Positions 18,891-30,730 of a stretch of DNA of 64,000 bases are shown one piece after another. This DNA is from Vicinamibacterales bacterium (lineage in GTDB: Bacteria > Acidobacteriota > Vicinamibacteria > Vicinamibacterales > CAZQMT01), in the NCBI GenBank assembly GCA_965197935.1, contig CBDAOD010000002.1, forward strand, positions 1,218,849 to 1,282,848, in the 5' to 3' direction. Below the pieces are notes generated by a model, which was not told where the DNA came from, ran no database searches, and saw nothing but the letters and a program-made list of their open reading frames with translations. The translations under genes were made by a program, and so were the position numbers. The first letter of the stretch is position 1; each line of letters starts with the position of its first letter.

Positions 18891-19030
18891 TGCACCGCCG
18901 TCGAGATGCGGTCACGGATCGGGTTCGCAGCACACCCATCCGCGGCGTTGCCGCTCCTCGCTCCTCGCGCCTTGCCAGCCGGGCGCCGCGCGCGGGACTG
19001 ACGCCGGGAATCACTGTTGCAGGACACTGA
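18887..19030. mobile_element. Chimeric, tip-deleted core-bearing element (family B left arm, family E-like right arm)
   Basis: Left 45 nt equals the B arm (CTAGTGCACCGCCGTCGAGATGCGGTCACGGATCGGGTTCGCAGC). The right end GGGACTGACGCCGGGAATCACTGTTGCAGGACACTGA resembles the E arm (GGGACTTACTCTACGAATTACTGTGACAGGACACTAC). The two core halves are joined directly (GCGTTGCCGCTCCTCG|CTCCTCGCGCCTTGCCAGCCGGGCGCC) without the AATAC-loop-GTATT tip. The left CTAG holds the gdhA stop. Confidence 0.65.
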
Positions 19031-19039
19031 ACCGGTGCC

Positions 19040-22012
19040 ATGCCTGACATCAGATACGTCAAGGAGCAGGTGGCGTCGGGAAATCGCCTGCGCGGGTTCC
19101 AGGATCTGGTGCGGCACCGCGTCCAGGACGTCCTGCTCGTCTCGAGCCTCTACGACGCCTTCATCCTCACCGCGGACGGCCAGCTCAATGATCTGATCCT
19201 GAGCGAGTTTCTCGAGCTCAACCTCCCGCACGCGCCCAGCCTGACGCAGGTCTCGACCGGCGCGGAGGCCCTGGCGCTCGCGCGCGGCCAGGGCCAGTAC
19301 CGCGGTCAGTACGACCTGATCATCGCGTCGCTACACGTGGGCGACATGGACGCGCTGGCGCTCGCCCGGGCGATTCGCGAGGCGGGGCTCCACACGCCGG
19401 TGGTCGTGCTGGCGTACGACAGCCGCGAGCTCGGGGAGTTCGTGCGCCGGCGCGACGTCTCGGAGATCGATCGCTTCTTCCTCTGGCAGGGCGACGTGCG
19501 CATGCTGCTCGCGATCGTCAACTACGCGGAGGACCGGCTCAACGTCGAGCACGACACCGGCGAGATGGGCGTGCAGGCGATCATCCTGATCGAGGACAAC
19601 GTTCGGTTCTACTCCTCGTTCCTCCCGGCGATCTACACCGAGCTGGCGCACCATTCGCAGCGCCTGGCGCCCGAGGGCGTGAACCTGTTGCAGAAGCTCC
19701 TGCGGGTGCAGGCCCGACCCAAGATCCTGCTGTGCAGCACGTTCGAGGAGGCGTGGGAGTACTTCTCCACCTACGAGCCGAACGTGCTGGGGGTGATCTC
19801 GGATATCGAGTTCCCATGGGAGGGGCGGCTGCGGCGGGATGCCGGCGTGGAGTTCGCCCGCAAGGTGCGCGAGCGGCAGCCTGACGTCCCGATCATCCTG
19901 CAGTCGGGCAATCCTGCCAACGAGACGCTCGCCCGATCCGTCGAGGGGTTCTTTCTCCTGAAGGGCTCGCCGCTGCTGTTGCAGCAGTTGCGCACGTTCA
20001 TGATTGAGCACTTCGGCTTCGGTGATTTCGTCTTCCACATGCCCGACGGCCGTGCCGTCGGACGCGCCTCGGACCTCAAGGGTCTCGAGCGGATGTTGCG
20101 CACCGTACCCGCGGACAGTGTGGGCTACCACTCGGATCGGAATCATTTCTCCAAGTGGCTCAAGGCCCGCACCGAGTTCGTGCTCGCGCACCACCTCCGA
20201 CCTCGGCTGGCCTCCGACTTCGCCTCGCCCGACGAGCTTCGGTGGAGCCTCGTGCGGTCGATCCAGGAGTATCGGGACGAGCGCAATCAGCGGATGGTCA
20301 CCGACTTCGAGCGCGACTCGTTCGACGCCCGCGCCAGCTTCTACCGGATCGGTGGCGGCTCCCTCGGCGGGAAGGCGCGCGGACTGGCGTTCGTGAACAT
20401 GTTGCTCAGCGAGCGCGGCGTGCGCGATCGCTTCACGGGCGTCCGCGTGGCCGTTCCCCCGTCGGTCGTGCTGGGGACGGATGTGTTCGACCAGTTCCTC
20501 GAGCACAACGACCTGCGCGACTTCGCGATCGAGTCGACCGACGAGACGGCGCTGACGGAGCGCTTCCTGAGCGCCGAGTTCCCCGCCACGACCCGGCTCG
20601 ATCTCCTCGCGTTTCTCCGTCTCGTCACGTACCCGCTGGCGGTGCGGTCCTCGAGTCTGCTGGAGGACTCGCAGTACCAGCCCTTCGCCGGCGTGTACGA
20701 AACCTACATGCTGCCGAACACCCATGCGGACGTGGAGGTCCGGCTGGAGCAGTTGGAGACGGCGGTCAAGCGCGTGTTTGCGTCCACGTTCCAGTCGCGC
20801 GCGAAGGCGTATCTGGCGGCCACCCCGTACCGGCTCGAGGAGGAGAAGATGGCGGTCATTCTCCAGCGGCTGGTCGGCGCGACCCACGGGGATCGCTTCT
20901 ATCCCGACTTCGCCGGGGTGGCCCGATCGCACAATTTCTATCCGGCGCCGCCCAGCAAGGCCGAGGACGGGGTGGCCGCCGTGGCGCTCGGGCTGGGCGC
21001 CTCGGTCGTCGATGGAGAGTCCTGCGTGCGCTTCTCGCCCAGGTTCCCTCGGCACGGCACCCAGCTCGGTGGCGTCAAGGAGATGGTCCAGGACTCACAG
21101 CGCACGTTTCATGCCCTGCCCGTCGACGGGGTGGAGGCGGCGTCCGAGGCGGCCCTGCGGGAGTACGATCTCGAGACCGCGGAGCGCGACGGTACCCTCG
21201 GGACAGTCGGGTCGACCTACTCGGGCGAGAACGACGCCATCTACGACGGCATCTCCCGGCCCGGCACGCGGCTGGTGACCTTCGCGTCCATTCTCAAACA
21301 TGGGCTGTTCCCGTTGGCTGAGATTCTTCAGACGCTCCTCCAGATTGGAGAGGAGGGCACGAGCGCGGCGGTCGAGCTCGAGTTCGCCGTCAACCTGTCG
21401 ACGCCGACCGGCGCGCCCAAGGAGTTCGGGTTCCTGCAGCTGCGACCGCTGTCCCTCTCGCGGGACGTGGCGGAGCTGGACTTCGAAGAGGTGGACCCGT
21501 CGCGGGTGATCTGCGCGAGTGGCAGCGTCCTCGGGAACGGCACGATCGAGGACGTGCGCGATCTCGTGGTCGTCGACGCCCACCGGTTCGATCGTGGCAA
21601 GAGCCAGGATGTCGCGCGCGAGGTGAGCCGATTCAATGCCGATCTGACGGGTCAGGGCACCGCCTACGTGCTCATCGGTGTCGGCCGCTGGGGCTCGCGC
21701 GATCCGTCCCTCGGGATTCCGGTCACCTGGGCCCAGATCGCCGGCGCGCGCGCCATCGTCGAGGCGGGGTTCCAGAACTTCAAGGTGACGCCCTCCCAGG
21801 GCAGCCACTTCTTCCAGAACCTCACATCGGGACAGGTCGGCTACTTCACCGTGAACCCGGAGGCCGGCGAGGGTAGCATCGACTGGGACTGGCTCGCCGC
21901 GCAGCCCGCCGTCAACGAGGGCCGCTATGCTCGCCATCTACGCTTTGCACAGCCGATCGTGGTACAGATGGACGGAAAGCGCAGCCGCGGAGTGATCTTG
22001 AAGCCTAGCTGA
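19040..22012 (+). CDS. Receiver-domain protein fused to a PEP/pyruvate-binding (PPDK N-terminal type) ATP-grasp domain
   Basis: 990 aa in four parts. (1) Degenerate receiver lacking the acceptor Asp (DLIIASLHVGDMD). (2) A second receiver with acidic pocket and Asp (IILIEDN..., VLGVISDIEFP). (3) GGGSLGGKARGLAFVN ATP-grasp region. (4) A conserved-looking C-terminal domain (VLIGVGRWGSRDPSLGIPV...SQGSHFFQN). Confidence 0.75.
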   Translation: MPDIRYVKEQVASGNRLRGFQDLVRHRVQDVLLVSSLYDAFILTADGQLNDLILSEFLELNLPHAPSLTQVSTGAEALALARGQGQYRGQYDLIIASLHVGDMDALALARAIREAGLHTPVVVLAYDSRELGEFVRRRDVSEIDRFFLWQGDVRMLLAIVNYAEDRLNVEHDTGEMGVQAIILIEDNVRFYSSFLPAIYTELAHHSQRLAPEGVNLLQKLLRVQARPKILLCSTFEEAWEYFSTYEPNVLGVISDIEFPWEGRLRRDAGVEFARKVRERQPDVPIILQSGNPANETLARSVEGFFLLKGSPLLLQQLRTFMIEHFGFGDFVFHMPDGRAVGRASDLKGLERMLRTVPADSVGYHSDRNHFSKWLKARTEFVLAHHLRPRLASDFASPDELRWSLVRSIQEYRDERNQRMVTDFERDSFDARASFYRIGGGSLGGKARGLAFVNMLLSERGVRDRFTGVRVAVPPSVVLGTDVFDQFLEHNDLRDFAIESTDETALTERFLSAEFPATTRLDLLAFLRLVTYPLAVRSSSLLEDSQYQPFAGVYETYMLPNTHADVEVRLEQLETAVKRVFASTFQSRAKAYLAATPYRLEEEKMAVILQRLVGATHGDRFYPDFAGVARSHNFYPAPPSKAEDGVAAVALGLGASVVDGESCVRFSPRFPRHGTQLGGVKEMVQDSQRTFHALPVDGVEAASEAALREYDLETAERDGTLGTVGSTYSGENDAIYDGISRPGTRLVTFASILKHGLFPLAEILQTLLQIGEEGTSAAVELEFAVNLSTPTGAPKEFGFLQLRPLSLSRDVAELDFEEVDPSRVICASGSVLGNGTIEDVRDLVVVDAHRFDRGKSQDVAREVSRFNADLTGQGTAYVLIGVGRWGSRDPSLGIPVTWAQIAGARAIVEAGFQNFKVTPSQGSHFFQNLTSGQVGYFTVNPEAGEGSIDWDWLAAQPAVNEGRYARHLRFAQPIVVQMDGKRSRGVILKPS

Positions 22013-22090
22013 CGATCGTGGAGGGGTTTCAACCCCGGCGCGGGTGCTGCGATGTGCGATCGCGCGCCACCACCTGCGTGCGATCTGTCC

Positions 22091-23341
22091 TTACGCGTAC
22101 ATCCCGCGAAATCGTGTGACCGCCGACACCCGCTGGATCGCCACGATGTAGGCGGCCGTGCGCATGTCGACGCCGTGCCGCGTCGCTGTGTCGAGGACGC
22201 CGCTGAAGGCCTGGCACATCATCGTCTCCAGGCGCTCGTCGACCTCGTGAGCCTGCCAGTAGTAGCCGTAGCGGTTCTGGACCCATTCGAAGTAGGAGAC
22301 CGTGACGCCCCCGGCGTTGGCCAGGATGTCCGGGATCACGAAGACGCCCCGGGCGTGCAGGTGTCGATGGGCATCCGGGGTCGTGGGTCCATTGGCGGCT
22401 TCGGTCACGATCTTGGCATCGATCGCCGCCGCGTTCTCCATGGTGATCTGATTCTCCAGCGCGGCGGGAATCAGGACGTCGACCTTCAGCCGGAACAGCT
22501 CGTCGCCCGTGATCGGCTCGCCGCCGGAGAAGCCGTGAACCGAGCGGTGCGTCCCCACGTGGTCGAGGAGGCGCGCCACGTCGAGCCCCTTGGCGTTGTA
22601 GACACCGCCGCGCCAGTCGGTGATGGCGACGATCTTCGCGCCCAGCGCCGCGAGTAAGGTGGCCGAGACCGAGCCTACGTTGCCACACCCCTGGATGGCG
22701 ACGGAGGCACCCTCGATCTCGAGCCCGATGTGCTTCGCGGCCTCGCGGGTCACGATCATGACCCCACGACCGGTCGCCTCGCGACGACCCAACGAGCCGC
22801 CGAGCTCGAGGGGCTTGCCGGTCACGATGGCGTTGGTCGTGCGGCCCGCGCGCATGCTGTAGGTGTCCATCACCCACGCCATGATCTGCTCGTTGGTGTT
22901 CACGTCGGGCGCCGGGATGTCCTTCTCGGGTCCGATGGCGTCGCCGATCTCCGCGATGTAGCGACGCGTGAGGGCCTCGACCTCGTGCTCGGACATGTCG
23001 GAGGGATCGCACACCACGCCGCCCTTCGCGCCACCGAAGGGCACGTTGGCCACGGCGCACTTCCACGTCATCCAGGCGGCCAGGGCGGTCACCTCGTCGA
23101 GCGTCACCCCGGGATGGTATCGGATGCCGCCCTTGGCGGGACCCTGGTTGACGTTGTACTGCACACGGTATCCCGTGAAGACGTCGATCTGGCCGCTGTC
23201 CATCTTGACCGGGCACGACACGATGATCTGCCGTTTGGGATGTGTCAGGATCTTCCAGATGCCGGGGTCGAGCTCGAGGATCTTCGCCGCGCCCTCGAAT
23301 TCGCGGAGCATCGCGCTCACCATGCTGACGTGGGTGTCCAT
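22091..23341 (-). CDS. Glutamate dehydrogenase (Glu/Leu/Phe/Val dehydrogenase family, ~416 aa type)
   Basis: ATG at 23341 within ORF 22091..23857. GPAKGGIRYHPGVTLDEVTALAAWMTWKCAVANVPFGGAKGGV and Rossmann motif IQGCGNVGS. Confidence 0.9.
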   Translation of the reverse strand: MDTHVSMVSAMLREFEGAAKILELDPGIWKILTHPKRQIIVSCPVKMDSGQIDVFTGYRVQYNVNQGPAKGGIRYHPGVTLDEVTALAAWMTWKCAVANVPFGGAKGGVVCDPSDMSEHEVEALTRRYIAEIGDAIGPEKDIPAPDVNTNEQIMAWVMDTYSMRAGRTTNAIVTGKPLELGGSLGRREATGRGVMIVTREAAKHIGLEIEGASVAIQGCGNVGSVSATLLAALGAKIVAITDWRGGVYNAKGLDVARLLDHVGTHRSVHGFSGGEPITGDELFRLKVDVLIPAALENQITMENAAAIDAKIVTEAANGPTTPDAHRHLHARGVFVIPDILANAGGVTVSYFEWVQNRYGYYWQAHEVDERLETMMCQAFSGVLDTATRHGVDMRTAAYIVAIQRVSAVTRFRGMYA

Positions 23342-23448
23342 GATCCTCCTGAGTTGGAGCGAACGCGCACTCGCGCCCGGCGCGGCATCGGCTGAGGCCG
23401 CGTGGGCGCGGACGCGCGTCAGACGTGGACGAAAATGCCACAGGGTAG

Positions 23449-23664
23449 CCCGACGCCGAGGGCAAGTCAAGCAAGCGCCCGCATCGCCGATCGGCCGGCG
23501 CGCGCCGTCTGGAGGTATGCTGTGTGGCGTTCCGATCCCTCCTCGCCAATCGGCTCTGGGAGGGTCCCGGACACGATGACCCGGCCACGTTACTGAGGGC
23601 CAAGGCGCTCTACACCATCGTCGGGGGCCGGATCGTCCACGAAGGAGCCAGCGACGCGGAATGA
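23449..23664 (+). pseudogene. Possible relic of an amidohydrolase-type gene (C-terminal ~40 codons only)
   Basis: The open frame ending at TGA 23662-23664 reads ...[31 protein letters not shown], resembling the usual amidohydrolase C-terminus (..TIVGGR.V.E). There is no plausible start or upstream body (in-frame TAG at 23446). Its TGA overlaps the mutase ATG (ATGA). Confidence 0.3.
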
Positions 23665-25427
23665 CGAGCGACGCAGACCGATCGCGGCGCACGGCGGCGC
23701 CCGCCGGGGGAGGGCGGGGCAACGAGAAGGCGTCGGACGCCCCGCGCGACCGCGTGCCGCCGGAGGATGGACGCGGACAGACCGAACGCGGGCGGTGGGA
23801 GCGGGAGACGCTGGCGCCGGCGCTGACGACGGCGCCCGAGCGACGGACGGCCTTCACGACGGTATCGGGTCGTCCGGTGGAGCGGCTCTACGGCCCCGAA
23901 GACGTCGCGGATCTCGACTATCGGCGCGACCTGGGTGCGCCGGGCGAGTTTCCCTACACTCGTGGGATTCACGCCACGGGGTATCGGGGGAAGCTGTGGA
24001 CGATGCGGCAGTTCGCCGGGTTTGGCACGCCGGAGGAGACGAACGCGCGCTACACGGCGCTCCTGGCGGCCGGCGGCACGGGGTTGAGCGTCGCCTTCGA
24101 TCTCCCGACCCTGATGGGGCGGGATCCCGACGATCCGCTCTCGAGTGGTGAGGTCGGCAAGTGCGGCGTCAGTGTGGCCTCGCTGGCCGACATGGAACGC
24201 CTCTTCGAGGGGATCCGGCTGGCTGACGTCTCCACGTCGATGACGATCAACTCGCCCGCCGCGGTGCTCTACGCCATGTATCTCGTCGTGGCCGAACGTC
24301 AGGGAGCGGACTGGCGCGGGCTGTCCGGCACCCTCCAGAACGATATTCTCAAGGAGTACATCGCCCAGAAGGAGTACATCTTTCCCCCGCGTCCCGCGAT
24401 GCGGCTCGTCGTGGACACGCTCGCCTTCGGTGCGACGGAGACCCCGCGATGGAACAGCATCTCGGTGAGCGGCTACCACATCAGGGAGGCGGGCGCCACG
24501 GCGCTCCAGGAGCTGGCCTTCACCCTGGCGGACGGTATCGAGTACGTGCAGCACGGCGTGGACGCCGGCCTGGACGTCGATGACTTCGCGCCGCGCATCT
24601 CCTTCTTCTTCAACGCTCAAAGCGATTTCTTCGAGGAGATCGCGAAGTGCCGCGCCGCCCGCCGGCTCTGGGCCGAGGTGATGCATGACCGGTTCGGTGC
24701 CAGCACCGAGCGCGCGCGGAAGCTGCGCTTCCACGCGCAGACGGCGGGCGTGTCGTTGACGGCGACCCAGCCCTACAACAACGTCGTGCGCACGGCGCTC
24801 CAGGCGCTGTCGGCGGTGCTCGGCGGTGCCAACTCGCTGCACACGAACTCGCTCGACGAGGCGCTGGCGCTGCCGACGGAAACGGCGGCGACCCTCGCGC
24901 TTCGGACCCAACAGATCATCGCCACCGAGAGCGGGCTGTCGGAGGTCGTGGATCCCTTCGGGGGGTCGTACTTCGTCGAGCGTCTGACGCTCGACCTGGC
25001 GCGCGAGGCGAGGGCATGCTTCGAGACGATCGACGGTATGGGCGGCATGGTGGCCGCCATCGAGCGAGGATATCCGCAGCGCGAGATCGCCGAGAGCGCC
25101 TATCGTTTTCAACAGGAGGTGGAGCGCGGGGAGCGGATCACCGTGGGTGTCAACGCCCATCGTACCGAGGACGAACAACCGATCCCCACGCTGCAGGTCG
25201 ACGAGCGGGCGGCCGAGCGGCAGTGCCGCCGGCTCGAGGAGCTGCGGCGGACGCGCGACCATGACCGTGTCCTGAGGTCGCTCGACGCGGTGCGGAGGGT
25301 GGCGGCGGGCTCGACCAACCTGATGTACCCGCTGCTCGATGCGGTCAGGGCGTATTGCACGGTCGGGGAGATCTGCGGCGCGCTCCGCGACGTGTGGGGC
25401 GACTACGAGGAGTCACCCATCATCTAG
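23661..25427 (+). CDS. Methylmalonyl-CoA mutase family, catalytic (large) subunit
   Basis: [35 protein letters not shown] and the rest of the mutase TIM barrel. The Arg/Gly-rich N-terminal ~50 aa may not be translated. Confidence 0.88.
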   Translation: MTSDADRSRRTAAPAGGGRGNEKASDAPRDRVPPEDGRGQTERGRWERETLAPALTTAPERRTAFTTVSGRPVERLYGPEDVADLDYRRDLGAPGEFPYTRGIHATGYRGKLWTMRQFAGFGTPEETNARYTALLAAGGTGLSVAFDLPTLMGRDPDDPLSSGEVGKCGVSVASLADMERLFEGIRLADVSTSMTINSPAAVLYAMYLVVAERQGADWRGLSGTLQNDILKEYIAQKEYIFPPRPAMRLVVDTLAFGATETPRWNSISVSGYHIREAGATALQELAFTLADGIEYVQHGVDAGLDVDDFAPRISFFFNAQSDFFEEIAKCRAARRLWAEVMHDRFGASTERARKLRFHAQTAGVSLTATQPYNNVVRTALQALSAVLGGANSLHTNSLDEALALPTETAATLALRTQQIIATESGLSEVVDPFGGSYFVERLTLDLAREARACFETIDGMGGMVAAIERGYPQREIAESAYRFQQEVERGERITVGVNAHRTEDEQPIPTLQVDERAAERQCRRLEELRRTRDHDRVLRSLDAVRRVAAGSTNLMYPLLDAVRAYCTVGEICGALRDVWGDYEESPII

Positions 25428-25443
25428 TACGGGATTCGCCGAC

Positions 25444-25860
25444 ATGCAGAAGACCAGGGTCGTCATCGCCAAGCCCGGGCTGGACGGGCACGACCGGGGA
25501 GCGAAGGTCATTGCGCGCGCGCTCCGGGACGCGGGGATGGAGGTGATCTACACGGGCCTCAGACAGACGCCCGAGCAGATCGTGACCGCGGCGCTGCAGG
25601 AGGATGCCGACGTCATCGGACTCTCCGTCCTCTCTGGCGCCCACGACCACGTCTGCACCCGGCTGACCGAACTGATGAAGCAGCACGGCCTCGACGACGT
25701 GCTGGTCATCGTCGGGGGCATCATCCCCGATGCTGACATCCCCCGGCTGAAGGCGCTCGGGGTGTCCGAGGTCTTCCAGCCGGGCACCCCCCTGCAGCGC
25801 ATCGTCGAATACATCACGGCCCACGTCCGCACCCGGAGCTCGCAGCCAAGCTCCCCTTAA
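25444..25860 (+). CDS. Methylmalonyl-CoA mutase B12-binding subunit
   Basis: ATG at 25444. [29 protein letters not shown] (DxHxxG cobalamin-binding motif). Confidence 0.88.
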   Translation: MQKTRVVIAKPGLDGHDRGAKVIARALRDAGMEVIYTGLRQTPEQIVTAALQEDADVIGLSVLSGAHDHVCTRLTELMKQHGLDDVLVIVGGIIPDADIPRLKALGVSEVFQPGTPLQRIVEYITAHVRTRSSQPSSP

Positions 25861-25890
25861 GTGCCTGTCATCATTTGCCTTCCTCCGTCG

Positions 25891-27087
25891 ATGTCCAGTA
25901 CACTCCGCGCAGACATGGCGCCGAAAAAGCTGCTCCTGGCCGACGACAGCGTCACGATCCAGCGGGTCATGGAGCTGACGTTCGCCGACGAAGACATCCG
26001 CGTGATCTGCGTGAGCGACGGGGACCAGGCCATCGAGCGCATCGACGTGGAACGACCGGACATCGTGCTGGCGGACGTCGCGATGCCGGGCCGCGACGGC
26101 TACCAGGTGACCGAGCACGTCAAGCAGACGTCGCATCTGGCGCATGTGCCGGTTCTGCTGCTCACCGGGGCGTTCGAGCCGGTGGACGAGGAGCGCGCCC
26201 GGGTCGCGGGGTGCGACGGCGTCCTGATGAAGCCGTTCGAGCCTCGAACCGTGATCAAGCGGGTGCTCGGTTTGTTGGCAAGACCGGTCACCCCGGCCGT
26301 TCCGGCCGCGCAGGCGGCCGGCCCGTCGGATGCCGCGCCCGCCCCGACCGCGGTGCCGCCAGCGCCGGCCCTCGCCGCGCCAGCGCCGTTGTCGTCAGGT
26401 GACGCCTCGGTCATGCCGATGCCAGAGTCCGAGTCGGTGGCGGGGATCGATCGACCGTGGACGCCCGCCGAGCTGGCTCTGGGCGAGACGGTGCCGGCCG
26501 AGCCGACCCGGCCGACGTCGAACGAATCACTCGACGACTACTTCGATCGACTCGATGCGGCGTTCGCCGGTCTCGAGTCTCCGCCGGACTCCGGCGGCGA
26601 TCCGTTGACCTTCCCCTCGCCGGTGCCCAGGGCGGAGCCCGCGGAGTTCGCTCGGCCGGGCGGGGAGGTCCAGAGGGCTGCCCCACCTGCCGAGGAGCTC
26701 CCGGCAGCCGCTCCGCCGGTCCCCGAGTCCGAGCCGGCTGCCCGGATGCCGGAGACACGTGCGGCGGTGGACGTCGCGGCGGCACCCCCGGCCGAACCGG
26801 GTGGAGTGCCGCCCGGGCCGTCGTCCCCGGTTACCGCGCCTCGCCCGGCCGCCGCGCCAATCATGCCGGAGCCGACGGTCCCTCCCGTCCTGTCGCCGAC
26901 ACCGGTGGCGCCGCCCGCGGCGTCGGCGGTCACCGTGGACGACGAGTTGGTCCAGCGCGTGTCGCAGATCGTGCTCGAGCAAATGAGCGACCGGGTGGTT
27001 CGCGAGGTGGTCAGCGAGGTCGTCCTCAAGGTCGCGGATCGCCTGGTTCGCGAGGAGATCGATCGGATCGAGAGCGGCGGTCAGTAG
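25891..27087 (+). CDS. Response regulator receiver protein with long Pro/Ala-rich linker and short conserved C-terminal segment
   Basis: Receiver motifs LLADDSVT, DIVLADVAMPGRDG and LMKPF, then ~200 aa of P/A-rich low complexity. It ends VDDELVQRVSQIVLEQMSDRVVREVVSEVVLKVADRLVREEIDRIE. Start is 25891 or 25915. Confidence 0.75.
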   Translation: MSSTLRADMAPKKLLLADDSVTIQRVMELTFADEDIRVICVSDGDQAIERIDVERPDIVLADVAMPGRDGYQVTEHVKQTSHLAHVPVLLLTGAFEPVDEERARVAGCDGVLMKPFEPRTVIKRVLGLLARPVTPAVPAAQAAGPSDAAPAPTAVPPAPALAAPAPLSSGDASVMPMPESESVAGIDRPWTPAELALGETVPAEPTRPTSNESLDDYFDRLDAAFAGLESPPDSGGDPLTFPSPVPRAEPAEFARPGGEVQRAAPPAEELPAAAPPVPESEPAARMPETRAAVDVAAAPPAEPGGVPPGPSSPVTAPRPAAAPIMPEPTVPPVLSPTPVAPPAASAVTVDDELVQRVSQIVLEQMSDRVVREVVSEVVLKVADRLVREEIDRIESGGQ

Positions 27088-27220
27088 CCGTCCCGGCCCC
27101 GAGGCCTCGCCGCCGGATCGGTGGCGCACCCCATCCGCTTCGAGTCGACCCGTCGGTGACCAACACGGCGCACAGGCGTCGGCCGGGGAATGAGGGCAGC
27201 CGCGTCTGCCACACCCGACG

Positions 27221-29868
<2,648 letters not shown>

Positions 29869-29872
<4 letters not shown>

Positions 29873-30726
29873 CCGCGGCGCCGGCCGCGCCTCTCGATCC
29901 CGCCCTCTACCGCGAGATCGTTCGGCGCGCCCTGGCCGAGGACCTGGGATGGGGGGACGTGACGACCGACGCCACGGTTCCGGCCCACCTCCGCGCGAAG
30001 GGGCGCCTCGTGGTCAAGTCGCCGTGCGTGCTGGCGGGACTTGCGGTCGCCGCCGAGGCGTTTCGGCAGCTGGACCCCGGCGTGGCGTTCGTGTCCCGAC
30101 GCGCCGACGGCGATCGCTGCCAACCCGGAGACCGTGTGGCCGAGGTGGCCGGGTTTGCGGGCGCGCTGCTGACGGCCGAGCGTTGTGCCCTCAATTTCCT
30201 CCAGCGCATGTCCGGGATCGCGACGTTGACGCGTGAGTTCGTGGAGGCGGCCGGGGGCGACATCGTCGTGCTCGACACGCGCAAGACGACACCGACGCTG
30301 CGGGTGCTGGAAAAATACGCCGTCCGGGCGGGGGGGGGGGCGAACCACCGCGCCACCCTCGACGAGATCGTCCTGCTCAAGGACAATCACATCCAGCTTG
30401 CGGGGGGCGTCGCCGAAGCACTGCGACGGTTGGGCGCCGCCCAGCCCGGGGTGCCGATCGAGATCGAGGTGCGGACGCTGAAGGAGCTGGATCTCGCGCT
30501 CGAGGGCGGCGCGCCGAGGATCATGGTCGACAACATGTCGCTGGAGGAGATCCGTGAAGCGGTTCGGCGTAGCCGGGGTCGCGCCACGATCGAGATTTCC
30601 GGCGGCGTGACGCTGGACCGAATACCGGAGCTGGCGGCCAGCGGCGCTGACTACGTCTCGGTCGGCGCCCTGACGCATTCTGCCCCCGCCTCGGATATCA
30701 GCTTCGAGATCGAGGGAGCCGAGTAA
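29869..30726 (+). CDS. nadC: Nicotinate-nucleotide diphosphorylase (quinolinate phosphoribosyltransferase)
   Basis: [28 protein letters not shown] ... VLLKDNH ... IEVRTLKEL ... MVDNM. Confidence 0.9.
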
Positions 30727-30730
30727 CCGC

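Noticed and set aside
23342-23660. Cobalamin riboswitch upstream of the B12-dependent mutase genes
   Set aside because: I found no B12-box-like core; only a weak GCCACAG is present. The region is better explained by a gene relic. This would need cmsearch to exclude formally.
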